Shown: positions 12,935-26,208, counted from the first letter of the stretch. The stretch: 64,000 nucleotides of DNA from Podarcis pityusensis (GCA_964106645.2 OZ067049.1), one strand, 5' to 3'. The notes: generated from the sequence alone by a model not told the origin. Program-made: numbers and translations.

Positions 12935-13077
12935 CTTTAGAAGACATCTGAAGATAGCCCTGTATTGAGAAGATTTTTAATGTTTAATGTTTTATTTTGT
13001 TTTTATATATTTGGAAGCCACCAAGAGTGGCAGGGCAACCCAGTCAGATGAGTAGGGTACAATTATTACTATTATTG
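12935..13077 (+). mobile_element. L2-type 3' tail fragment
   Basis: GGAAGCC..AGAGTGGC.GGGCAACCCAGTCAGATG..GGGTA followed by an ATT tail; repeated at 18675, 40005 and 55555. Confidence 0.6.
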
Positions 13078-13738
13078 CATGTATCTGTTGCATGAAAGAT
13101 TTATTATCCTCTGTTGATGGATGCAGTTGTGTGTGAGCATAAACAGTGAGGTCAGAAGGCAGCGAAATGCAAAAAGTACAGACCAAGCATCACAGAAGTA
13201 CTTAAATGTTTGTAAAGTAGGCATAGCGGCCATTCACAAAGCAGTGCTGAAAACACAAGCAGCCGGCATTGCTAAATTAATTTGCAAAGTTAATTCATTA
13301 ATTTCATGGAACAAGCCCTATGTAATGCTTACTAAAACTGGCCTATTCAAGGTGGACTATAGAGTCTATTATTTAACGCCTTTCACATACTAGCAGTAGG
13401 AAGTCCTCTCAATTCCCATAACCAAATCAATTGTAAGCGACATAGGGCAGTTTCAAAAGCAGTTTGGAATATATCAGGGGAGACTGTAGCTCGGGGGGGG
13501 GGGGGATGTCAAAAAGCCCCACAGGGAGCAGAGGTAACACATGGGTGCACCTAAAAGAGCTCTCTTGACTGTGACCAGAAGCCTGCCTCTCTAGAAACAT
13601 TAAGCTACTACTGTCTGTAAATCACACAAGTTGCAACATCCCTTAGTGCTAGGCTGTCACCCACCTAAAGAATAAAGAAATATAATATGTCAGCAGCTGG
13701 TTGAGCTCCAGATAATGCCATCTATTCCTATGTTACAG

Positions 13739-13897
13739 AAGTAACTCCAAAAGAAAGAGTATCAGCTGTTCATATATATGACCATGAACGGTCCCTCGTG
13801 CTTCATTCTATAGGATTTGGGAAGAAAATCGATGAACCGTTTTTGCCCAAGCAATCATTTTGCCTAACACCAACCAAAGTGATAAGATTGCCTCCAG
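13739..13897 (+). CDS. LRRC72: LRRC72 coding exon
   Basis: ttacag|AA...CCAG|gtattt; EVTPKERVSAVHIYDHERSLVLHSIGFGKKIDEPFLPK... Confidence 0.85.
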
Positions 13898-14691
13898 GTA
13901 TTTAACAGTGATTCAGAAAATAATAATAATAATTATAATAATAATGCAGATGAACAACCATTGCCTCCTTACATTAAATGACTTTCATAACTATATAATT
14001 GCCTTGCTTTTTAGCAGTCTACTTGGGATTCTTTGAGGGCTTGCTGTGATTTACACTCATTGTCATTCTAGGCATCTCAGTAAAAGCTGTTATCTTTTAG
14101 AAGAAGAAAATCATCGTTAAATTACTCAGGGTATTTACTGTATAATTCAGCTATTCTTCCCTTTTCCAGATATCTAATATTGGTCTTTAAGATTTTAAAG
14201 CTTGAAAATAAGAAGGGCTTGGCATGTGCTGCATACATATAGCTGCTTTCCTTCTCATTTATAGCTTTTTCACCTGGTGGGTCAGATACTCCCCCCACCC
14301 CACCCCTTTGGCAGTCAATGTTTGGCACATTAAGAGCAAATGAGCAAGCAGACTTGAACTCTACATATATCAGCTGGAGGGCAGGTTCAATCCTGCTTCC
14401 TGCAGGGATTAGGTGGGTGAGCAACCTCTCCTGCACATCCCAAACCAAGCAGAACTGAACTCCCCAAGCCCCAGCTTGATGGACATGTGTTGTCAGGTGT
14501 CAAGCAGGCAGGCGAAACTTAGCCCACAAGTCATAGATTTCCAGTTTTATGGCAAGTCTTTTCAGTTGTATTCCAGTGACTACTGCCACAGCCATTGAAG
14601 ATTCCTAATCGGTGCACAAAAATCTTTAGAAACCTCTACCTGCTGCTGCCTTTTTCTTAGTTATGTGTAGTTGAAGCAGGTGACAAATGGG

Positions 14692-15943
14692 TTTTGGAAC
14701 AAGATGGAGACAGATTGAAATTGCAGAGTTTTGAAAAACTAAAAAACAAAGTGCGAGACTGGCTTCATTATTATCAGATAATGGAGGCATACAATTTGGA
14801 TAAGAAAATTGGCTTCCAGGTGGAAAAATCAAAATTAGAAACAGAACTGTTAGAACCCAAAACTAAGAATTTGTCAAGAATGTATAACTTGCTGCTGAAA
14901 TGGAATACTCAGGATGAAACGGTGAAATCTGCTATGATTAAATGGGCACAAGATGTTGGACATAACATCATGTTCGCTGACTGGGAACAGTTATGGACCA
15001 CAGGTATGAAGTTTACGGCATGTAACGCCCTAAGAGAGAATATTATGAAAATCATATACAGGTGGTACATAACCCCAGTCAAGCTTGCAAAAATTTACCA
15101 TTTGCCTGATAGTAAATGTTGGAAATGTAAAGAAACTGAAGGTACATTTTTTCACCTTTGGTGGACGTGCCCAAAGATTAAGGCTTTCTGGGAGATGATA
15201 TATAATGAATTAAAAAAGGTATTTAAATATACCTTCTTGAAGAAACCAGAGGCCTTTCTCCTGGGCATAGTCAGCCAATTGGTGTTAAAAAAGGATAGAA
15301 CTTTTTTTATGTATGCTACAACAGCAGCAAGAATACTCATCGCAAAGTATTGGAAGACACAAGAGCTACCCACACTGGAGGAATGGCAGATGAAAATGAT
15401 GGACTACATGGAATTGGCGGAAATGACTGGCAGAATCCGTGACCAGGGAGAAGAGTCGGTGGAAGAAGATTGGAAGAAATTTAAAGATTATTTACATAAA
15501 TATTGCAAAATTAATGAATGTTAGAGTGATGTTGGATTGAAGCTAAGTGGCTTCTAGCTGTACAGGTTTTAAAGTTATAAATATATTAAGATTAAGGATT
15601 AGGATTAAAAAGGTTAAAAGAACGGAAAAATTGGTTTTTAATAGGTAAAAACTTAATGTTATAATATATTAGGATTAAGGATTGGGACTAAAAAGGAGGG
15701 AAAGAAATTGCTGGACTAACAAACTGAATTGGAATACAAAAGAGGGAGGTATGAGGAGGTCCGGGAAACAAGTAAATGTAAAAGAAGTTATGAAAAGACG
15801 GAATTGTTTTTAATTGTTTTTTCCTTTTCCTTTTTGTATTTTGTATTGTGTATTTTTCTTTTTCTTTTTAAATTTTCCTTTTTTATTAATGTGATTCCTT
15901 TTCTGTGAAACTTTAATAAATATTATTTTTTTTAAAAAAAGAA
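14692..15943 (+). mobile_element. 5'-truncated L1-clade LINE (ORF2 C-terminus, 3'UTR, A tail)
   Basis: Open frame to TAG 15524 with CCHC knuckle CWKC..EGTFFHLWWTC; AATAAA 15915; TSD CAGGTGACAAATGGG at 14677-14691 and 15948-15962. Confidence 0.92.
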
Positions 15944-16193
15944 GAAACAGGTGACAAATGGGAAGCAAATGATTTTGTCCACAGGGAGAAATCAATCACA
16001 AGTTAACTGTATATAAGGCTAAGCAAGTAACTAGAAAGAACTATCTCACTCAGTGAACCATTTAGGCCAAATTGCTAACTTACAAAACTTGCCATTTGAA
16101 TCTAATGGAATTTAGAATTGACTGAAGCTGTTCAGTATTCTGCATGTCAAGGGCTATGCAGACTTGAATAACTTTTTCCAATCTTTGTTTTAG

Positions 16194-16221
16194 GTTGCGA
16201 GTTTGGAAATCACCTGGTTAA
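16194..16221 (+). CDS. LRRC72: LRRC72 28-nt coding micro-exon
   Basis: ttttag|GTTGCGAG...GTTAA|gtaagc; GCEFGNHLVK; bridges the phase between the flanking exons. Confidence 0.78.
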
Positions 16222-16271
16222 GTAAGCAGAATCTGCCTTTCCTTTATTTCTAATCCATTAATATTTAGATA

Positions 16272-16523
16272 CAGTGGTGCCTCGCAAGACGAAAAGAATT
16301 CGTTCCGCGAGTCTTTTCGTCTTGCGATGTTTTTCGTCTTGTGAAGCACGGTCCGTCGCAACTGCGCCTCTTCAAGCGGCTTTAAAAAAAAGCGCAAGAC
16401 GTTTTCGTCTTGCGAAGCAAGCCCATAGGGAAATTCGTCTAGCGAAGCAATGCAAAACCGAAAAACCCTTTCGTCTAGCGAGTTTTTCGTCTTGCGAGGC
16501 ATTCGTCTTGCGGGGCACCACTG
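16272..16523. mobile_element. Young CpG-rich Tc1/mariner-pogo MITE
   Basis: TIRs CAGTGGTGCCTCGCAAGACGAA / TTCGTCTTGCGGGGCACCACTG, TA TSD, internal TCGTCTTGCGA repeats. Confidence 0.88.
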
Positions 16524-17538
16524 TACGAAGCTCCCAGTCTAACAACTTAAAAACAAAAGATTTATTTTGCCCTAATACATCATGCCCACTTCATCAGATG
16601 CTTGAAGTGTTATCCCCGGCTGGCAGATACAGGTTAGCCAGCCACTCCATTCACATTGCCCCCATGTGTGTAGTAACTGCCTACTGTGCATGGAGGTGAA
16701 CATAATCTGCTAATGAAAAAGGGAATTGTGGTCAGTACTAAAAACACCCCTTGTAGAATAAGCGCATCTCAAATGCATTTATTTATTTATTTACATTCTC
16801 TGGTCAATATGCAACACTCTCCAAGAAAATGCTGTTTATTTCTGTCTGTAGATCAGAAGCAGACAAATGGTTGCTTGCAGACCGCTTTCTAATTTTATGC
16901 AAATTGCGGCATCCCCTCTTGCTGATCAGCAGGGGAAAGGGGGCATTGCTGTAGTCTCATCTCCCTTCCCTCCCCACTTGTCATCGGCTAAGCAGAGGTT
17001 GGGGGGCTGTAAATACATGTCTACTCCTCATTCACCATGGGGCTCCACACAAGATTCCTTCCATTCATAAATGTTTCTGTGTGTGAGAAGAGGCAGATGT
17101 GGGTGGTTATCTCCCCCACCCCCGTAAGATCCCCACGTCCATTCATTTTGAGAGTACACGCCCATGAGGAATGGATTCTCACACGTACCTCAGCCCCACC
17201 TGTAAGCCATTCCTCCACCCACACAGAGGAGCAGTAGGGAAACAGCTGAGTTGTGCGGAAAGTGTGGGGCACAGCAGCAGAGTCTTGTTGCTCAGCTAGG
17301 AAGTGGGGGTGGGCTGCAGATAAATATTTGTAGCGAAACCACCCCCTGACTTTGCTTTACTTCTTGACTAAGTGGTACAAAAGAAACCATAAAAAATATT
17401 TACTATGCATTGGGTGCCAGATTAGTGTCAAATCCATTCACATTTAAACTTTAGTTTTCTCGTTGCAAAAGAGAGAAAAAAATCTGGTCATTTACTTTCT
17501 CCCCCCCCCCCCCCACTTTTTGTTTGGTTCTTTGGAAG

Positions 17539-17704
17539 GATTCCGTATGAAAACCCAGAACATGCTGTACTTGTGAGGGCCATGAGGCGATCTGTCATGG
17601 AGTTCGCCACTGTTGACTGGGAGAAGATGCCCACCTGCGAAGAGAAACGCCTTGGCAGCAATCCAGAAAAAAGGCCAGAGAGACTGACAATTAAGTTTCG
17701 ATAA
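17539..17704 (+). CDS. LRRC72: LRRC72 last coding exon
   Basis: acceptor ...ttggaag|G; IPYENPEHAVLVRAMRRSVMEFATVDWEKMPTCEEKRL...LTIKFR-TAA; joined in-window CDS is 783 nt and open; AATAAA near 18010. Confidence 0.85.
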
Positions 17705-18674
17705 ATGTGACTTTTCTCCGACAGTTGTCTCTTTTAAAAAACCCCAACACATTTCTTTTGCTGCTCTTGGTATTGTTGCTCTTTAAACATCAATTAAAAT
17801 CATTTCAAGCAGGAAAAAAAATCCAGTTACATTACCATTTTAGCACTTAATGCATAGTATGAAGGGGTGATATTTAAAGCTATAAAAATCATCTGTTAGT
17901 TAAACAAGCCTATGGTTTGAAGTTGGGTTATTGAGCAGTTGACCATGGTTTGCTGTAAACCATATTCCTGACTTGCATATAGGTTTAAGTTGAGACGCTG
18001 AAAAATGAAAAATAAACTTGGCAGCATGCCCTTTTTTTAAATGCCTACTTGCCAAGTTTGGAGAGGCTTTAATTTCCTAAGGTCACAATCTCTGGGGGTT
18101 GTAAAGCTAAGAAACAGAGTAGCTGTTTAGGGAGCTTGATTATGACTTAGGGGGCAGTAAGCTGACCACTGTTCTGTTGGTGATTAACATCTGCATATAG
18201 GAGAATAAAAGCCTTTCTGCCATTTTTACCAAGTATATAGTTAACAGACCAGAAGAGATGTCTCTCAATGCCTTTTGGGGGAGACTTTATTCATCCTTTC
18301 CCTGTAAATTCAGAGGATAATATAGCACAGCTTTATCTCCAAATACTATCATGAGCCCAAAGGCATGCTGCTGTGCATTTGGGCTGACAGACTGAATGCT
18401 CCTTCCTCCAAGAAGAAAGTGGCATGTAATGGGTGGGTGGGTGGAGACGAAGATAGAACTTGCTAGTTTTCTAGCTAGAGGGGAGTATGGAAGAGAATTC
18501 AGCCATATGCACTTCCATTTGCAGGTTCAAATGTTGCCAGTTAGTTGAGCCCTAGTCTTAAGATCAGAGCCACTGAATAGGCCAACTTTACTGACAGTTA
18601 TGAATATACAAATTCATAAGATTTCCTTGACATCCATCAGATGTAAAGGACACAATCAAGTATCTGACTTTTAG

Positions 18675-18806
18675 AAGATCAGATATACAGCAGCTCTGTA
18701 TAGGGGTGTTTTTAATGTTTGATGTTTTACTGTGGTTTTATATTTTGTTGGAAGCTGCCTAGAGTGGCTGGGGCAACCCAGTTAGATGGGTGGGGTATAA
18801 ATAATA

Positions 18807-18848
<42 letters not shown>
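18675..18848 (+). mobile_element. L2-type 3' tail with (ATT)n
   Basis: Same family as 12935; ends in (ATT)n at about 18808-18848. Confidence 0.6.
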
Positions 18849-19701
18849 GTCTAATCCCTTACACAACTCATTATGTGTAATTTCATCCTGCTTCTCTGGT
18901 AGGAAATGGACACTTGGTTGCAACACCTCAGTATGTGATTCAGTGTTTCCACTACTCTCCCCTAAAGCTTGCAAGTATTTGGAATAACTGGACCCCGGTC
19001 AACAACCCTCCCTCCTTACATTTGCACACACTCCCAATCCAACTGGAGCAGACCTTTCATGCTCTACCTATTAGTACTTAAAGATTAGTGATGCTAAGTA
19101 CAAACAAAATCATGATGTATCTTATAAAAGTGTAGCAAAATGCCACTGTGAGCCTATTTTCCTGGGGAACGCTAATATTTTTATGCTATGATGTGTTCTT
19201 AATAATTGAGCCACTTAAGTGGAAAGAGAAAGCTCAAGGAAATTAAGCTAACATAGATGAGCAGGATTTTGTTTAATGAAAACAGACTGGTAGCAGTACT
19301 GGCTTTCCAAATCTGTAGCCAGAAAAACTTAACTTTTAGATGGTTGCATCCCTTATGATCTAACAGTATCATGACCAAGCACTTTATTGCACTGAAGTCT
19401 AAGATATTTTTAAAATTTTTGCTAGCAAATGGCCTTCTTCTCAGACACCTTTTAAGTCTTCTACGCTTTGTGCAGGTATGAAGGCAGATGGGTATGCTCT
19501 TAGTTTTGATCAGATGGTTCAGCTCTTGTCATCACAGTCTAGGATGATGTGATGTAGTTACACAGGACAAATACGTTGACATATGCTGGATCACAGCATA
19601 TGTCAAGAGTGAGCATTATAACTGCATTCCATTGACCTGCATATCCCGATGTTGCGGTCTAGAGGAAATCCTCCATAAAGCCTTGGGCTCTCCAGCGTTT
19701 G

Positions 19702-19919
19702 TTACTCCTCAGACTCATGAGCTTTTTCAACCGTGATGTCTGCTAGACTAGTCTCTCCTTCAAGGGCCTTGTCATCCTGAGGGGACAGTGCCTCCTTCTT
19801 AGGAACCATCTCCTCAGTTCTCTCTCCCACGCATTTGAGGTCCTCTTCTTTACTGTCTCCTGGTTCAGAGGCCGACTGCTCTTCACTTGTTAAAGCAGAT
19901 TCTGCTGCACGTGTTGCCT
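19702..19919 (-). CDS. ANKMY2: ANKMY2 exon 10 (acidic C-terminal tail, stop)
   Basis: ctcctctag|AG GCA...GAG TAA; EATRAAESALTSEEQ...AHESEE*; minus-strand AATAAA at 19388-19383. Confidence 0.85.
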
Positions 19920-20645
19920 CTAGAGGAGAAACATGGGAAATGCATATATTGCAATGTGCAGCAATAAATAAATAAATAAATAAATACTCCCACAAGCAAC
20001 ACCAGCTCCTTCATCCCAGAAACTAACGGTAGTATTAGAAGCTATTTTGTAATAACTAATCAAACCAGGAATAGAAGTTAAATGGCTCAGAGAACAAAAT
20101 TAACTAAACTATGATTCCATGGGCAACTTCAGAAAGCAGCTGCTTGTTACAGAGCACAGGCAAGCTCAGCTGTTCTGAAACAGTACCTTGAGTTTAGGGG
20201 GCGGGTGGCTGCTAATCCATGAGAATAGGGAGTGCATGTGATGTGCATTTCTATGGCTGCAATCCTAACTCCATTTAGCGGGGAGAAATCCCCACTTAAC
20301 TCTGTAGGATGTACTTCTATACAGATGTTGTTAGGGGTTCCTTACTGACAGTGCAATCCTAACAGATCTGGAGGAAGAGGAATGAACCTCATTTATCCTT
20401 AACCAAAGCCAGCATGGCCAATGCTTTGTTTTTGTTTAGAAAATTCATAACCTGCTTGACAAACAAAATAATCTGCTAAGTGTTGCGAGCCCAACATCTG
20501 GATTGCCACTGTTCCCCCACCTGTTGTTTAGGAAAACACTGAGTAGTCAGGTGTTGCATGATTACTAGCATTGCTTTGAAAACCTCTCTGCTCTAATCTG
20601 GCCACAAACATGAAAGCTGTTGCAATGACAATGATGTGTGCCAAC

Positions 20646-20787
20646 CTCTCTTTTGCTTTGCTTCTTGCTGTTTCTTTGCTTTGGCAGCTTCCAACTCCTG
20701 CTTCTCGTGGGCTTCCTTTAATGTCTTGCATACTTTCTTGTGTGTAAACCAGTGCATTTTCTGGCAGTCTTGATCACAGTAGATCAC
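20646..20787 (-). CDS. ANKMY2: ANKMY2 exon 9 (MYND finger, second half)
   Basis: cgcag|GTG...AGAG|gttggc; VIYCDQDCQKMHWFTHKKVC... Confidence 0.93.
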
Positions 20788-21118
20788 CTGCGAATGAAAC
20801 AAGCCATGCCTCAATGCACAAAAAGGATGGGCTTGCATTTGAATCATCCAGGTTCTATAAGGCACCCATTCATTTCTGTATGGAAAACTGGAAATCTAAA
20901 CCTTGCAATAGCTGGCTTATTTTAACAACAACAAATAGTTTGTTTCTGTTGACTTGTGCAACCAGGAACAGCTATTGCTCACTTTCACTTTAGGAGATCC
21001 AAGATCTAGCACCTGTAACATCTATGCTGCTCCTATAAAGGAACAGTCTCCAGATACAGGAACAGTTGAAATCTCTTGCTGGAATCTCAGTCAGTGGTAT
21101 TTACCTGCAGATTCTTAC

Positions 21119-21247
21119 CATTTTGCATACGGAACATCTTTTGGCTGCACCTTTCCCCCCACATGTTGTACAAAACTCAGCATCCACAAAGCCCACTTGG
21201 CCAGTAACTGCTTGTGTCAGTACAGAGAAAGCTGTAGGATCAGAGCC
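21119..21247 (-). CDS. ANKMY2: ANKMY2 exon 8 (MYND finger, first half)
   Basis: ccccag|GGC...ATG|gtaaga; GSDPTAFSVLTQAVTGQVGFVDAEFCTTCGGKGAAKRCSVCKM. Confidence 0.95.
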
Positions 21248-22016
21248 CTGGGGGAAAAGATAGACAGTTAAGTCATTGCAAACATACACCCTCCCCCAGC
21301 CAATGAGACGCCTGCAGCTACAACTAATAGGGGGGGAAATCTGCAGATTTTCAATGTACACTTTAGTACTGTTGCACTGCTCTTAAATGCAAGATCTTAG
21401 CCTGGCATATGGAGGGAAGCAGAGAAATTATTCTTCCTCTCCCAAGATTTAACTTTGTTGATCCTTCCAGCGTAAGGTATACTGGTGGTGACATCACTGA
21501 GATTATTTGGGAATGAAAATCAATTCAGGGATGCATAAGGTTTGGCTTGTTGCCACTTATGCCTGAGTTTCCTGGCATGTGTAGTGTTTTGAGAAGAGAA
21601 GAAGGAAGAGGGGATTCCTATTACACTAGACTTTAGAGTGGACAAAGGCACATTGTCTCTTATGCTGCTTCTGCCTCCTCTGAAGCTCAGTGTGGCAGAA
21701 GAGGTAAATTCCCCCACACCCCGGTCAGGGTTTTGGAAAAGGAAAGATTATGTTTCTGCCTATATTCTCAGCAGCACATGATACCCCCTCCTCTCCTCTC
21801 CTATAAAGCTAAGAAGGAACTCTAGCTCCTGGATTGGGGAATTCAGAGACACTATCAGAATATAAAGGAAACTCATTAAAAAAGATCTTCCATCTTCTGT
21901 ATGAAATACAGTTCTTCAGAATAACTGCAAATATCAAGTGTACCCATTAAGCTGTATCTTGGGGATTTTAAATGTTCTGCCAAAGAAATAGAAGCTATTA
22001 AACTAGAGACACTCAC

Positions 22017-22152
22017 AATTTCAACTGGGGCAATGCTTCTCACAAGCTGCTGGAGCAAGGTTGCTTCACAGTAAGGAAATTTTCGAATGCATTCTCGGAT
22101 GAGCTTCTCTTGAAATACTGGGAAACCATCTGCATCTCTGCCTTTTAATAGG
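22017..22152 (-). CDS. ANKMY2: ANKMY2 exon 7
   Basis: ttccag|C CTA...ATT|gtgagt; LLKGRDADGFPVFQEKLIRECIRKFPYCEATLLQQLVRSIAPVEI. Confidence 0.95.
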
Positions 22153-22362
22153 CTGGAAAGATTAAAGCAAAAGATGAATGAAAAAAAACAACTCATGCCA
22201 ATCCTATTGGGCAATCACTTTGCTTTATTTGTAGTTGCCATGCCTGCCTTACGGTGCAATCAACACAAGATAATATCACCAAGGCAACTCTCTGTACACA
22301 AACAATAAACATACATAAAAATGGCAAAAGTAGTTTCTTTCCCAAATATGTTTTATCTTAAA

Positions 22363-22723
22363 GTAAAGGTAAAGGTACCCCTGCCCGTACGGGCCAGTCT
22401 TGACAGACTCTAGGGTTGTGCACCCATCTCACTCAAGAGGCCGGGGGCCAGCGCTGTCCGGAGACACTTCCAGGTCACGTGGCCAGCGCGACAAAGCCGC
22501 ATCTGGCGAGCCAGCGCAGCACACGGAAACGCCGTTTACCTTCCCGCCAGTAAGCGGTCCCTATTTATCTACTTGCACCCGGGGGTGCTTTCGAACTGCT
22601 AGGTTGGCAGGCTCTGGGACCAAGCAACAGGAGCGCACCCTGCCGCGGGGATTCGAACCGCCGACCTTTCGATCGGCAAGCCCTAGGCGCTGAGGCTTTT
22701 ACCCACAGTGCCACCCGCGTCCC
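22363..22723 (-). mobile_element. Sauria SINE, distinct CpG-rich subfamily
   Basis: A/B-box head, variant 3' body, 15-bp TSD ATGTTTTATCTTAAA at 22348-22362 and 22724-22738. Confidence 0.9.
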
Positions 22724-24096
22724 ATGTTTTATCTTAAACAATAGCAAACACAGTAAATAAAGAGCTCGCTTGTAATATATCAGCGGTTCAGTGCTCATTT
22801 CTTCTTTTTCCAAAATAGATTTTATCTTGAACAATTGCAAATGCAGTAATAAAGAGTCCACTTGTGATATAACAGTGGTTCAGTGCTCAAACCACGGGTG
22901 TCGATTGTGTTGGTTGCAGTGGTCATTGTACCACCACCCTGTTCATTGTTTTATTGTTATTTATGGTGCAGCACATAGGTCAAGATTTTAATATTTGAAC
23001 TACATGCCCACAGCATAACAGAGAAAGGTGCTAATGCACGAACTTTCTGTGTGCAACACTTAAAATATGTATCTATATCTTTCAGCTCTGAGATTTCACA
23101 ATAACGTTTCGGCAGCTAAAGATATTCTTGCCCTACAACGAAAGTTGAGGGCAACTGAAACGTAGACCTGATTCATGCAACATGGTAAGCTAAACTATGG
23201 GCTACTGGGAACAAAGGAACATGGTTGGAGTAACTGGGTATGACCGTAAATCACCCCATGGATGAGGTAATCGCAGGTGCAAGGCAGCCAAGCCAGCTGC
23301 TATGGTAACTCCCCAATGCCCCGACCATATCAGTGATTAATGCAAGTCAGCTTAGCAGGGTCTCAGTCATTTACTCAGTATGTTGGTGTTACTTATCCAG
23401 TATCATGTCTTGAATTGCTCGTTTATTTGGAGCAACGGATATACTTTTTCACTGTATGTATCAATAGCTGCAAAAGCCTACTGCTGTATATGTCTATCCC
23501 CAGAACTGTTTAACTAGGTCTTATCTTCTGCAACAATAAACCAACTGGATCTTAAGCTCCTTCCATGTAATGACTGGTACTGAGAGCAACTTCCACTGCA
23601 GGGTATCTCACCTAAGATTCCCTACAGACATGTGGGTACCTTGAGAGGAAATTGTAGCCACTTTACTCCTCTCAAGCCCTTTTCGCTCCCACAACATTGC
23701 ATGGAACTAAACCAAGCTTTGGCTTAGCATATCGTCCAGATCTGAGCTCATAGTTACACTGTGTCCTCACTAACCACAAGCTATAGCCAAAGCTTGCTTG
23801 GTTTGTTGTGCCATGTGAACCAGGTCATAGCGCCTTTTACTCAATTATCTTGTCCATCAGTGTGAATTACTGCAATAATAAAAAAATGAATTATTGCTGT
23901 TACAGCAGAACAGCCTAAAAAGAATCAGCAGCATCCTCAGATCTTTAAACACGATAGCAGATTAAAAGGCCTCAGCAAAGATTAAAAAATAATCTTGGTC
24001 TAGCATAAAAGAGACACAGAAGAAGAGCCCAGGGAAGGAGGATCAAGAAGAGAGGATGAAGGAGAGATGAGCAGCATCCCTTCCTCACGGGTAGGA

Positions 24097-24100
<4 letters not shown>

Positions 24101-24143
<43 letters not shown>
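24101..24143. repeat. (TA)n microsatellite
   Basis: About 21 perfect TA units. Confidence 0.95.
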
Positions 24144-24147
<4 letters not shown>

Positions 24148-24392
24148 AGGTGGATGTGTGTACATCTCAAAAGATGCATTTTTTTTGTCCCTTTCCTCAA
24201 ACTAATGGCTTAACCTGTAGATAACTATGGAGAATATTCATCTAGCTGTAGATAGCATGGGGATTTGAAGGAAACTGAGCAGCAAACCATTCATTTTAAC
24301 ATTCAAGGTAAGCAGTCTGTCTTTACTTGGATAGAAATGAACACAAATGCTTTTCTGTATGCATTAAATGTCATTCATGATGGGGATCATAC

Positions 24393-24607
24393 CTTTTGAT
24401 TAATCCATCCAATTTATCCTCTCGCTCCTTAAGGAAGAGGATGCATTTCTGGAAAATACAGCTAATGTAGTGCATTTTGATTGCCAGTACTTCATTCATC
24501 TCTCTCTGCTTCATACACTTCTCGCAAATCAGATCCAGCACTCTGTAGCATTTCTGCATTGCTTCAGCTTCTGCTAGGAGAGGGTTTTCTTTCACAAGCA
24601 ACACAAT
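24393..24607 (-). CDS. ANKMY2: ANKMY2 exon 6
   Basis: ctatag|ATT...AAAAG|gtatga; IVLLVKENPLLAEAEAMQKCYRVLDLICEKCMKQREMNEVLAIKMHYISC... Confidence 0.95.
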
Positions 24608-25426
24608 CTATAGGAAAAGATTAACAAGAGTTATCTTTCCTGGATAGATGATTTAAAACAGAATCAATAGGTAATTTTTAAGTGCTCATATTAACAGGAC
24701 TTCTTGCTTTTTTATCTTCTTAAATAAGCTATATTACCTAAGAAACTTGCCAGGCCATAGGTGGATCACATTGGGAATATGACTGACCCATTTTAGTGTC
24801 CACAATGCATGCAATACTTATTACAGGAAGTGATAGTCATACAAAACGAATGAATCTTTGATCAAGCAACTGAACATCATAACCCTTTCCAAGGTTCATG
24901 GTGTTAAGTGGCATTGCTTATATAGCCAAAAACACCTATGTACGGGCGGGCAGTATCAGCAGACTGGGGGGAACCCCCAAGTTTTGGATAAGTACCAAAA
25001 AAATCCCCTAAGCCACAAAACCCACAGGAACCCACAAAACAGCCCAACAAGGACCAAACAAGCCAACTGTAACAACAGTTGTTACAGACAGGGAATGGAA
25101 TGGAGTTGTTTGAATTCTGAATTGTAGCAACTCATACAGCTATTTTTTGTTGCAAGTCTCACTTGTAGCTTCCAGCTACAAGCATCAGGCCCTTTCTGAA
25201 ACTACAGGGTTTCACAGAAACTGATAACAGAGATGAGTGTCACACAAGTAGATTTCAGCTCTTCTTTTGCATGCAAGTCCTTATGAGATGCTGTCTTGCT
25301 TCTGCTAAATCACTGGTCTTGAACTAGTGTGTTGGGACACACTACTATGTTGTGACCTAATCTAAGGTGGGTCATAGCAGCAACATTACCATTGTACAAA
25401 TATATGATTAAGAAATGGGCTCCCAA

Positions 25427-26208
25427 TGCAATGAAAATGATATATAGATGGTACATGACCCCAGTCAAACTTGCAAAAATTTACCACCTGTCTGATAATA
25501 AGTGTTGGAAATGTAAAGAGAGCGAAGGAACATTCTTCCACCTCTGGTGGACTTGCCCTAAAGTGAAGGCGTTCTGGGAAATGATTTATAATGAACTGAA
25601 AAAGGTATTTAAGTACTTCACTAAGAAACCAGAGGCCTTTCTTTTGGGTATTGTCGGCCAAGGGGTGGTAAAGAAGGATTGGACATTTTTTATGTATGCA
25701 ACAACAGCAGCAAGGATACTTCTCGCAAAGTACTGGAAAACTCAAGATCTACCCACACTGGAAGAATGGCAGATGCAACTGATAGACTATATGGAACTAG
25801 CTGAGATGACTGGCAGAATCCGTGACCTGGGAGAAGAGAGGATGGAGGAGGATTGGAAGAAATTTAAGAACTATTTACAAAAACATTGCAACTTGAGTGA
25901 ATGCTAAGCAGGATGCTAGATCATAAATAATTGAGCACCACTAACTTAGATGATTTAAGAAAATAAGAGAGATTGAGAAAATATAACTCTTTTTTTTGAG
26001 AACTAGAAGACTATGAAATATAGAAGGGATATAAGAATGCAAATAAGATAACAAATTGCTGCTAAAAAGTTATAACGATGAAAGTGGGAGCGGGAGATGT
26101 GAGGAAGTCCAAAAAAAAATAAATGTGAAACTATGTTAAGATATTTGCTATATTGTCTGTTACATGTATTCTTATTGTAAACTCCAATAAATATTATATA
26201 TATAAAAA
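25427..26208 (+). mobile_element. 5'-truncated L1-clade LINE
   Basis: ORF2 C-terminus open to TAA 25907, CCHC knuckle, AATAAA and A tail, TSD AAGAAATGGGCTCCCAA at 25410-25426 and 26209-26225. Confidence 0.92.

Noticed and set aside
20593-20865. ORF track lists the MYND-containing ORF on +, suggesting an inverted exon
   Set aside because: The peptide VIYCDQDCQ... reads from the minus strand (the + strand has CTA at 20593), so it is ordinary ANKMY2 exon 9 and the strand label appears wrong.
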